23,818 nucleotides of DNA, from positions 1 through 23,818 of the forward strand of contig JBHHVU010000049.1 of assembly GCA_046754465.1 (NCBI GenBank). Direction: 5' to 3'. A program made the position numbers and the translations under genes. The notes beneath the pieces are model-generated. The model had not been told where the DNA came from. It saw only the letters and a list, made by a program, of their open reading frames with translations, and made no database searches. This DNA comes from Nitrospinaceae bacterium. Its GTDB lineage: Bacteria; Nitrospinota; Nitrospinia; Nitrospinales; VA-1. Shown piece by piece: positions 9,854-17,762 of this stretch. The first letter of the stretch is position 1. The number at the start of each line of letters is the position of its first letter.

Positions 9854-11043
9854 TGGATCTCGATTTCACGGCCAACGCAACAAAGTTACTCGAATCCACC
9901 GGGTTTTTCCACCTCACCTTCGGTCACCTGGTGATGCTTCTGGTGGCCTGTACGCTGATCTACATGGCGATCTGGAAAAAGTTCGAGCCGTTGCTGTTGC
10001 TTCCTATCGGATTCGGCTGCCTTCTGGCCAACCTCCCCGCCAGCCTGATGACAGGTTTCGATGAAGGGGGTTTGCTGCATTTTTTCTACCTGGGGGTGAA
10101 ACATGAAATTTTTCCGCCGCTGATTTTTCTCGGGGTGGGCGCGCTGACGGATTTCGGCCCTCTGCTGGCCAATCCTTCCACCTTGCTGCTGGGCGCGGCG
10201 GCCCAAATCGGCGTGTACACCACGCTGGTGGGCGCCGTGATGCTGGGGTTCAACCTGCAGGAGGCCAGCGCGATCGGGATCATCGGGGGCGCCGACGGGC
10301 CGACTTCCATTTTCATCGCTAGCAGACTGGCCCCGCATCTCCTCGCCCCCATTGCCGTGGCGGCCTATTCCTATATGTCCCTGGTTCCCCTGATTCAGCC
10401 GCCCATCATGCGTTTGCTGACCACCTCCAAGGAAAGAAAAATCCGCATGGAACAGCTGAAACCCATCTCCCAGACCGTGAAGATCCTGTTTCCCATCGTG
10501 GTGACCATTATCTGCTGCCTGATGCTTCCCGGAGTCACGCCCCTGCTTGGGATGCTGATGCTGGGCAACCTGTTCCGCGAGTGCGGCGTTACCGCCCGGC
10601 TGCATGAAACCTCGGAAACCCATTTGATCAATATCGTCACCATCCTTCTGGCCCTGTCCGTGGGGTCCTCGATGACGGCGGATTCCTTCCTGAAACTGGA
10701 AACCATCAAGATCATCATCCTGGGCCTTTTGGCCTTTGGCATGGCGACCGCCGGAGGCGTCCTGTTCGGAAAGCTCATGTGCAAGTTGACGGGGGGAAAG
10801 GTCAATCCCCTGATCGGTTCGGCGGGGGTTTCGGCGGTGCCCATGGCCGCGCGGGTTTCCCAAAAAGTGGGGTCGGAGGAGGATCACACCAACTTCCTTC
10901 TCATGCACGCGATGGGCCCTAATGTCGCTGGGGTAATTGGCAGCGCCGTCGCGGCGGGGGTATTTCTTTCCCTGTTCGGGTCACCGGGAGCGGACCCCCA
11001 CGCCGCTCTCGAATCGATTCTTCCCATGGTCAACCAGCCCTGA
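9853..11043 (+). CDS. oadB: Na+-translocating decarboxylase beta subunit
   Basis: [61 protein letters not shown] coupling to oadA. Confidence 0.95.
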   Translation: MDLDFTANATKLLESTGFFHLTFGHLVMLLVACTLIYMAIWKKFEPLLLLPIGFGCLLANLPASLMTGFDEGGLLHFFYLGVKHEIFPPLIFLGVGALTDFGPLLANPSTLLLGAAAQIGVYTTLVGAVMLGFNLQEASAIGIIGGADGPTSIFIASRLAPHLLAPIAVAAYSYMSLVPLIQPPIMRLLTTSKERKIRMEQLKPISQTVKILFPIVVTIICCLMLPGVTPLLGMLMLGNLFRECGVTARLHETSETHLINIVTILLALSVGSSMTADSFLKLETIKIIILGLLAFGMATAGGVLFGKLMCKLTGGKVNPLIGSAGVSAVPMAARVSQKVGSEEDHTNFLLMHAMGPNVAGVIGSAVAAGVFLSLFGSPGADPHAALESILPMVNQP

Positions 11044-11051
11044 GGAATCTC

Positions 11052-11318
11052 ATGGAAGCAAATGTCATCACATCACTTTCCATTTCAATCCTCGCCATTA
11101 CGGTCATTTTTGTGGTACTGACCATTCTCATTTTCACCATCCGGGCTCTGGTGCATTTCATTCCCTTCCAGGAAGCTCCTGAACCTTCCCAGAAGGAGAA
11201 AGCAGCCTCGGGCGGGGAAATGGATGAACATATCGCCGCGATTACCGCTTCCTTGTCGGCCTACCTTGGAAAATCGCCGGGGGAATTCCACATCATCAAT
11301 ATCAAAACCGGCAAATAA
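11052..11318 (+). CDS. oadG: Na+-translocating decarboxylase gamma/delta subunit (OadG family)
   Basis: 88 aa, single N-terminal TM helix, Pro/Ala linker, EHIAAITASL motif; GAGGA SD; follows oadB. Confidence 0.8.
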   Translation: MEANVITSLSISILAITVIFVVLTILIFTIRALVHFIPFQEAPEPSQKEKAASGGEMDEHIAAITASLSAYLGKSPGEFHIINIKTGK

Positions 11319-11384
11319 TACAGCGCGCAAAAAGACCTTGCCCTAAATGCCGTGAGCGGATTTCTTTTTATTTTTCCTGTCCGC

Positions 11385-12674
11385 CTACCTGCGAAGGTTC
11401 CGGGCCAGGGTTTCAGCCGCCTGCCGTTCCAGGGGGGTCAGTTTTTCAGAGGCGGCCATCTTCTCAATTTGGCCGAGTTTTCTCTTAATAAAGGCCAGAT
11501 AGTCTTCCCCGTCTTCAATGACCAGCCTCACCTCTCCGCCGGGCCCGATGAACCGCCCCTTAAGGTAGTGAAAATACAGGGATAGCCTTTCCCGGGGATC
11601 CCTGAGTTTGAGCTGGTGTTTCAGGGTTAGCAACGCTTCCTTCTTGCGGTCGATTTTATAGCCCAGGCGGGTATTATCCGATTTCCTCATCTGCGTATCA
11701 AAGATGGCCGTGGCCTGGGAACGGAGGTCCGCCGTCACGGCGTTGGCCGGAAGCGATAAAAGTTTGACCGCGGCGATCTCCAGCAACAAAGAAGCGTTCC
11801 CGGTCTGCTCGCTAAGATACGATGCCCGGAGGGGATATTCCCGATTGAGCCGGCTGACCTCGGTCAACAAAGGTTCCATTTTTTGGACCGCCCGGGCGAG
11901 CCGATTCAAGGAACCCGGATCGAACTCTCTCATAAACCACTGCACCTCCCGTGGGACTTTCAGGTTCTCCTTCACCGGCCGGGAATAAAAGGAGTCGAGT
12001 ATCCTTCTAAAATCGGGAACGAAAAATCCACGCACCACGTCGGAAAAAAAAGGAAAATTCAACAACAGAAACCGTGGGTCGGAACGTATATTCAATCCGT
12101 AAGCTTCCAACTCGTTGGCCGGACCCAGGAATGACTGGGTGAGGTGAAGGGACTCGTGGAGATGGGTCGCCCGGCCATAAACCTTGTCATCGATGAGAAT
12201 GGTCCCCGGGAAGACCCGGATGGTATCGAAAGTGGTGTGGGCCAATTGCCGGGGAAATAACAGTTCGTTCGCCCAGGGCTGAATGATGTATTGCCGAAGG
12301 GGAATTCTGGAAATTTCCGGGAGGGTGGTGCGGAGCCGGTTCATGACATCCCGCATCCGGGCCGCCGCCCGGTGAAGCAGGACCTTCGCCGGGTGGCATT
12401 TGCCGCAGCCAAAATGGTCAAAAGCCGGTATGTAGAATCGGGTGGGAGGGGCTCCCCCCTCGAGAGAGATTTCTTCCTCCACTCCCTCCAGGTTCGGGAA
12501 ATCCTCCGGAAGGGCCTGGATCGGGTGCAGGGCGAGAAGACGTTGCAATTCGCCCACCCCCACGCGGTCCCGCTGGTTTGGAGCGGGACCGGCAAAAGCC
12601 GGGAAGGTAGCCAGAAATATAACCGGCAGGACCAGAAAGAAACCCAACCAGGCTTGAAAACGTTCGCGGATCAC
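11385..12674 (-). CDS. Exported hypothetical protein with CxxCH and HExxH motifs
   Basis: GTG start; signal peptide ending PAFA; CGKCH (12393-12407); HLHESLH...NELEAY (HESLH at 12144-12158). Confidence 0.8.
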   Translation of the reverse strand: MIRERFQAWLGFFLVLPVIFLATFPAFAGPAPNQRDRVGVGELQRLLALHPIQALPEDFPNLEGVEEEISLEGGAPPTRFYIPAFDHFGCGKCHPAKVLLHRAAARMRDVMNRLRTTLPEISRIPLRQYIIQPWANELLFPRQLAHTTFDTIRVFPGTILIDDKVYGRATHLHESLHLTQSFLGPANELEAYGLNIRSDPRFLLLNFPFFSDVVRGFFVPDFRRILDSFYSRPVKENLKVPREVQWFMREFDPGSLNRLARAVQKMEPLLTEVSRLNREYPLRASYLSEQTGNASLLLEIAAVKLLSLPANAVTADLRSQATAIFDTQMRKSDNTRLGYKIDRKKEALLTLKHQLKLRDPRERLSLYFHYLKGRFIGPGGEVRLVIEDGEDYLAFIKRKLGQIEKMAASEKLTPLERQAAETLARNLRR

Positions 12675-12697
12675 CCATTCACCGCCTGAAGAATTTC

Positions 12698-12718
12698 GCG
12701 GAGGGGGAACCCCTCCGC
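12698..12718. other. Perfect intergenic hairpin (REP-like, or an mRNA processing/stability stem)
   Basis: gcggagggg-gaa-cccctccgc, 9-bp stem between two co-oriented genes, with no U-tract on the coding strand. Confidence 0.55.
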
Positions 12719-12790
12719 CGGTAAATTTTTAACCCGGGGTCCAAAATCATGAAGGGAAAGCGTGGCTGTACACCCCGGGAAAGGACGGAC

Positions 12791-14533
12791 TTATTTTGGC
12801 GGCACCTTATTGAGCCGCTGCCAGACGGTGATGACCTTGCGTCCGTTGCGGTCTTCCTTCACCCCGTCCCACACCGCGAAGGCGATCAGCGCCGACCCCC
12901 TCTTGGTGAGGTCGATATCCCATTTACCCGTTTTGAACATATCCCGCAGAAACACTACCGTCCACACCCCGTCTTTCCATTCCCCGAATCCTTCGACGTT
13001 CTGGTTGTCCTCCGGTTGCGGGGTGACGGTTCCAAATCCTTCCGCGTTCAGTTCCTCGACGGCGTTTTCCTTGGTGGCGTTCAGCTTGGCCACCGGGTTG
13101 GACATGACTCCGCCGTAGATCAGGGCATCCATATCCACGCCGCCCGTGGAGTATTCTTGTTCTTCCTCCGCCGCCAGGGTTTCTTCCAGTCCGGCCTTCC
13201 AATGCCAGATGTTCACCGGCTTGTTGCGGTTGCCCATGCCAAAAAAGGGTTCATTGTGGCCGTGGGTGTGCAGGGTGACCGCGCCCAGGGCGAACTGAAC
13301 CGCCACCCCGTCGCGGAATACGTCCGACGTCAACTCGGAAAACGCATCGTGAGTGGGGTCTTCCCACCGGAGACGGATGGCCAGTTGCTCGCCATTGTAA
13401 ACGGAAGCAAAATTAATGGTTTCGATCGCCCCCCGGCGGGCCGAAAGAGGCCGCAGTATGAGGTCGGTGGACTTCACCCCCTTCCAGACCGGACTATCCA
13501 CATCGGTATTTAGTTCCACCCCGACGGGATACGAAAACAAATCGGTCTCGAACTTCGCCTCCTTGAACGGTTTGGAAAAAATGGACTGAATGTAGCTCAC
13601 CAGCGCCCAGCGGTCGTTTTCCGGCAGATTGGCGTAAGACCGCATGGGGGTTCCGTCCAGACCCGTGCTCAGCGTCCGGAAGAGATCCTGGGCCGTGTGG
13701 CCCGATTTCAGGTCGTTCGGATCGGTAATATCGTGGACAAAAACAGCGTGTTTCCAGGCATCCATCAGCGAGTCGGCCAGTCTGCCGTCGCCGCGGCCGG
13801 AGGTGCCATGGCAGTCAACGCACTTCTCCTTCGTGAATAATTCCTTGCCGCGGGCGATTAACTTGGGGGTGACCGGTGGCGGTTCGCCAATATGGATTTT
13901 TTCACCGGGAGGCTCCTTGCGGAATCTAGGCGAAAAACTCTTGATCAGATTGATCAACGCCCACGTATCCTCGGGAGACACGGCCGCCGCCCAGGCGGGC
14001 ATCGACGTGCCGGGAACCCCCTCGATGATGGTCCGGTAAATATCTTCATCCCGCGGCAGGGTCCCGGTCGGTGTGGACCGGAACTTGAAAATCCCCTTGC
14101 GGAAATCGCGCGGCCAGGGGTACAGGTAATCCACCGCGGCGCCGCCTCCGTTGCCGTCCTTGCCGTGACAGAACACGCACATGTGCAGGAAGATGTTGCG
14201 TCCCCGCGCCAAAAGGGATCCTTCTTCCATGTCTTTCGGTTTGACCATTCCCAGGGCGTCGTGCGCTCCACGGGTCCGGAACAGGCTGGTCCCTTCTTCC
14301 CCGTGACTCTCGTGGGATGCGGAGGGGCCTTTCAGAAGGTATTCCGCGCCCGGGTGAGCGGCATGACCCGAATGATCCATCCCACCATGTGAATCACCCA
14401 TGGATTCCATGTGCCGATCTTCTGAAAAAACCATCCCCGGCCCAAACGAAATCCCTATGAAGACAAAAAACCCAATTGCCGTAAATATACCTGCCCTTGG
14501 GAATATTGGCAATGGCTGCAAATTCCATTTCAT
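12791..14533 (-). CDS. Diheme cytochrome c fused to a DMSO-reductase type II heme-b (EbdC/NxrC-like, EB_dh) domain
   Basis: N-terminal hydrophobic segment; CVFCH and CVDCH with PRDF...GTSMP and GTPM distal-Met motifs; C-terminal LRWED, FRDGVAVQF, FGMG..PVNIWHWKA, FAVWDG..EDRNGRK. Confidence 0.85.
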   Translation of the reverse strand: MKWNLQPLPIFPRAGIFTAIGFFVFIGISFGPGMVFSEDRHMESMGDSHGGMDHSGHAAHPGAEYLLKGPSASHESHGEEGTSLFRTRGAHDALGMVKPKDMEEGSLLARGRNIFLHMCVFCHGKDGNGGGAAVDYLYPWPRDFRKGIFKFRSTPTGTLPRDEDIYRTIIEGVPGTSMPAWAAAVSPEDTWALINLIKSFSPRFRKEPPGEKIHIGEPPPVTPKLIARGKELFTKEKCVDCHGTSGRGDGRLADSLMDAWKHAVFVHDITDPNDLKSGHTAQDLFRTLSTGLDGTPMRSYANLPENDRWALVSYIQSIFSKPFKEAKFETDLFSYPVGVELNTDVDSPVWKGVKSTDLILRPLSARRGAIETINFASVYNGEQLAIRLRWEDPTHDAFSELTSDVFRDGVAVQFALGAVTLHTHGHNEPFFGMGNRNKPVNIWHWKAGLEETLAAEEEQEYSTGGVDMDALIYGGVMSNPVAKLNATKENAVEELNAEGFGTVTPQPEDNQNVEGFGEWKDGVWTVVFLRDMFKTGKWDIDLTKRGSALIAFAVWDGVKEDRNGRKVITVWQRLNKVPPK

Positions 14534-14630
14534 GGTGAGTTCCTCTATTAAAACAAGTTACCCCCTTACAGGGGGAGGAAGAAGATCGATCTAAACCACC
14601 CATTGGCCTGGGTCCGACCCGTCACAGGGG

Positions 14631-14822
14631 GAGGCTTTGCATAAACATGATGTTTCATGTCGATGGACGGAGATTTAAAATCCCCCCGCCCCCTTCAGGG
14701 AAGGGGGAGCCACCCCATCCCCCCTTTTTAAAGGGGGTCAGGGGGATTTTCTCGATGACTCTTTTACATAAAAAACCAAGCATCGACTTATGGTCATTTT
14801 TTTACTCTTACGCAAATGCCTC
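14631..14822. mobile_element. MITE-like non-autonomous element with internal nested palindrome
   Basis: Left end gaggctttgcataa and right end ttacgcaaatgcctc are imperfect inverted repeats. Internal aaaatccccc (14677-14686) and gggggatttt (14741-14750) enclose two C5/G5 hairpins. Confidence 0.6.
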
Positions 14823-14866
14823 TTCCCGAAGCAGGGGGAGGAAATAGGTCCAGGGTTTACCGGCGC

Positions 14867-15409
14867 TCAACCCTTGGCATCCCTGGGATTGCGGACCATT
14901 TTCACGCCCTGGTCCAGATCACCCAGGTCCTTTAAATTGAAATAGTGTTCCTTATGCCCCAGTCCGAAATACCAGGCATTGTCCAATCCCCGCTCGTCCC
15001 CCGTCCAAAGATAATAACTGCCGCCCCCCTTGAAATCCGGTGACAAACCGATGGGTTCCCCGTCCTTGCTCTTCAAGGGACGCGAAGAATCCCAAAGCTT
15101 GTCCAGTTCCTCCATCGTCGGCAGGCGCCAATCACTGTAACCTCCAAACTTTTCCGCGTTTTTCTCCTCCACGTATTCCAAGGCCTCATACCAGTTGAGT
15201 CCTTTTTTTACGTCGAGGTACGAATCGCCTTTTTGCCACATGAGTCCGGTTTTCCTGTCAACCAGGGTCTCGCCTTTTCCGGGCAGGGAGGGATTGGCCC
15301 GTGCCAAGCCGGACTGCATGAAATGAACACTCAAACCCGCAAGGACCCAAATTAGAGTCCATTTCAACAAACGCCAAGATAATAAAAGGGATATATTAGT
15401 CCTAATCAT
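14867..15409 (-). CDS. Exported DUF1566 (Lcl C-terminal) domain protein
   Basis: Signal peptide; TLVDRKTGLMWQK, LNWYEA, GGYSDWRLPTMEEL, YLWT, NAWYF. Confidence 0.88.
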   Translation of the reverse strand: MIRTNISLLLSWRLLKWTLIWVLAGLSVHFMQSGLARANPSLPGKGETLVDRKTGLMWQKGDSYLDVKKGLNWYEALEYVEEKNAEKFGGYSDWRLPTMEELDKLWDSSRPLKSKDGEPIGLSPDFKGGGSYYLWTGDERGLDNAWYFGLGHKEHYFNLKDLGDLDQGVKMVRNPRDAKG

Positions 15410-15461
15410 AATTTAACCATAGATTTTCCAAGTTGCTTGATTGTCAGGTGGGTCTGTTCCA

Positions 15462-15491
15462 ATTATACAAAAAGAGTTCGCCAAATTGAAA
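15462..15491 (-). promoter_or_regulatory. Candidate sigma70 promoter for the DUF1566 gene
   Basis: Minus-strand TATAAT (15467-15462) with weak -35 TTCAAT at 18 bp, about 52 nt upstream of the ATG. Confidence 0.4.
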
Positions 15492-15496
15492 CCAAA

Positions 15497-15752
15497 ACCT
15501 TGCGGCAAGCCGGCGGAGTGACTCCGCTCGCAATTGGACGGACTTTATATGGCGGACCCGGAGTGCCTCCGGAGGCGGATGGGACATGCGTAATATGGCG
15601 AACAAAGGCCGATTTAGCGGTTTAGATTGACCTATCCCCTCCCCGGGGGCCGGGGGCGGCGAACCGCCGCTGGTGGTATTGTCATACGTTATATGGCGGA
15701 CCCTGATCGATAAGCGATAAAGACCGGACCTATCCCCTCCCCGGGGGCCGGG
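15497..15752 (+). repeat. Tandem array of the modular intergenic repeat (locus B)
   Basis: Core copies at 15537-15557, 15583-15603 and 15681-15701. Identical gacctatcccctccccgggggccggg at 15629 and 15727 (98-nt period). Several GC hairpins. Confidence 0.85.
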
Positions 15753-15760
15753 TTGGGAGA

Positions 15761-17131
15761 TCAAACGTAATCGGTTCGCTTGAGGCCATGTTTGGTCAAT
15801 TTATCGTAAAGGGTTTGCCGGGGAACTCCCAGGGAGGCGCAGGTTTTTTGGATATTCCCTTTCTGGCGAATCAATTCTTTTTCAATGACGGTCCTTTCAT
15901 ACAGGTTGACCTTCCCGGAAAGGGCGCAGCCTTTTCCGTTGTAGGAACTTTGCGTGGCAAGACCGCCAGGGTCCTGGAGGAGGTTAGAAGGTTCCAGCCG
16001 GGTTCCCAGGACGAACCGTTCCGCCTCGTTCTTGAGTTCCCGGATGTTGCCCGGCCACTCGCGAGACATCAAATCCACCTCGAATTTCGGCGCCCACCGG
16101 GGAAAAGGGTATTGATACCTGGAGCAGGCCTGCGCGACAAAAAATTGGAAGAGGAGGGGAATGTCTTCCCGCCGGTCCCTAAGAGGAGGCAGGTGCAGGT
16201 GGATGACATTGAGCCGGTAAAAGAGGTCCTGCCGGAACAGGCCCTCGGAACCGGCCCGCTCCAGATCAATTTTGGTGGCGGCCACCACCCGGATGTCCAG
16301 GGGAATGGATTCATTGGAACCCAGGCGTTCGACCTCGCGCTCTTGCAGAACCCGTAATAGTTTGACTTGAAGGGGCAGGGGGGTGCTCTCGATTTCGTCG
16401 AGGAAGAGGGTGCCCTGGTTGGCATATTCGAATTTACCAATGCGCCGCTTTTGCGCGCCCGTGAAGGCCCCGGCCTCGTGACCGAACAATTCACTCTCGA
16501 TGATGGACTCCGGAATCGCGCCGCAGTTGATGGGAACGAAAAAGCCTCTTCTCAACTGGCTTTCGTAGTGCAGGCAGCGTGCCACCAGTTCCTTCCCGGT
16601 CCCCGTTTCTCCGGAAATCAACACGTCGGCATGGGAATCGGAAAGATTCCGGATCAGTTTCCGCAGATCCTTAATGACGGGAGATGCGCCGATAATTTGA
16701 TCGGCAAAGGCGGGGCCGGCCTTTTCCCTTGGGGACGCTTTACCGGTTTCATGCAAAACGACGCGCCTTTTTTCCAGGGCCTGTTGCACAATTTTGAGGA
16801 CCATTCCCGGCGAACACGGTTTTTCGATGAAGTCGAACGCGCCCGCCCGCATGGCCTCAACCGCCAACGGGACATCCCCTTGCCCGGTGATCAGGATCAC
16901 CGGAAGGCCCGCGTCGATTTCCCGGATCCGGCGCATCAGGGTCAACCCATCCATCCGGGGCATCTTGATATCGGTCACCACGATGCCGGGCCATTCGGGC
17001 GAAAGATGACCCAGGGCCTCCTCACCGTTGCCGGCGGCAATGACATGAAACCCTTCCTCCCTCAGATCATCGCTGACCGTTTCCAGGAGAATTTTTTCGT
17101 CATCCACCAACAATATAGAACGGATTTCCAA
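15761..17131 (-). CDS. Sigma54-dependent NtrC/DctD-family response regulator (REC-AAA-Fis HTH)
   Basis: [70 protein letters not shown] at 17131 with AAGAGG SD preferred over 17242. Confidence 0.93.
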   Translation of the reverse strand: MEIRSILLVDDEKILLETVSDDLREEGFHVIAAGNGEEALGHLSPEWPGIVVTDIKMPRMDGLTLMRRIREIDAGLPVILITGQGDVPLAVEAMRAGAFDFIEKPCSPGMVLKIVQQALEKRRVVLHETGKASPREKAGPAFADQIIGASPVIKDLRKLIRNLSDSHADVLISGETGTGKELVARCLHYESQLRRGFFVPINCGAIPESIIESELFGHEAGAFTGAQKRRIGKFEYANQGTLFLDEIESTPLPLQVKLLRVLQEREVERLGSNESIPLDIRVVAATKIDLERAGSEGLFRQDLFYRLNVIHLHLPPLRDRREDIPLLFQFFVAQACSRYQYPFPRWAPKFEVDLMSREWPGNIRELKNEAERFVLGTRLEPSNLLQDPGGLATQSSYNGKGCALSGKVNLYERTVIEKELIRQKGNIQKTCASLGVPRQTLYDKLTKHGLKRTDYV

Positions 17132-17195
17132 CGAGGACCTCTTTAAAAAAGAGTGCGCCAACGGGCCATCAGGCAGTGATCTATTAACAGGCTGC

Positions 17196-17762
17196 TCAGC
17201 ATTTTTCTTCTTTATTATTTTCACATTCCGGACAGACCGCATAGGAAATTTCCACGCGGGCTTTTTGGGAGAGGAAGGCGCCGATTTCCATCCACGCCCC
17301 TTTTCCGGACTCGGTGGCGTCCGGATCCTTGATTTTTTGACAACACCTGCAAATGGTGAGACTCTTTTCGGCTATTGATATTTTTCTCCGCGCATCCTTT
17401 TCCTCCAGGCAAAGCGCCACCCTCTCAAAAAGCTCCTCCCTCTGGAGAGGTTTGAGCAGGAGGTCATTCGCGCCGGAGCGGAACGCCTCGATGGCGGAAC
17501 GGGTGGTCCCATACCCGGTGAGAACGATGACACCCGTTTCCAGGTTGATTTTTTTGATCTCCCGGGTCAACTCGAATCCGTTGATCCCATCCATCACCAG
17601 GTCGGTGATTACCAGGTCGCAGGGATTTTCCCTGAATTTCCGGATTCCCTCTTCGCCGGTTCGCGCGGTGATGACCTTATACCCTTCATCTTTCAGGTCA
17701 TCGCTGACGGAATCCAGGATAATGGGTTCATCATCAATCAATAAAACCGAACGATTCATCAT
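17196..17762 (-). CDS. Response regulator: receiver domain plus Cys-rich C-terminal module
   Basis: VLLIDDE, ITDLVMDG, LTGYG, LLKP; tail ICRCCQKIKD...W..I...ISYAVCPEC; ATGA overlap with the kinase. Confidence 0.9.
   Translation of the reverse strand: MMNRSVLLIDDEPIILDSVSDDLKDEGYKVITARTGEEGIRKFRENPCDLVITDLVMDGINGFELTREIKKINLETGVIVLTGYGTTRSAIEAFRSGANDLLLKPLQREELFERVALCLEEKDARRKISIAEKSLTICRCCQKIKDPDATESGKGAWMEIGAFLSQKARVEISYAVCPECENNKEEKC

Noticed and set aside
14867..15409. Diversity-generating retroelement target (DUF1566 is a C-type-lectin-like fold)
   Set aside because: No reverse transcriptase and no template repeat of the 3' end seen in this window; a remote DGR cannot be excluded.
15537..15752. 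CRISPR array
   Set aside because: Only three degenerate cores with unequal periods (46 and 98 nt), partly related spacers, dispersed single copies elsewhere, and no cas genes in the window.
15444..15764. 106-aa minus-strand ORF
   Set aside because: It runs through the repeat array and its translation simply reflects the repeats.
17132..17242. N-terminal extension of the sigma54 regulator
   Set aside because: It overlaps the upstream gene; the receiver domain begins right after a TTG with an SD at 17131.
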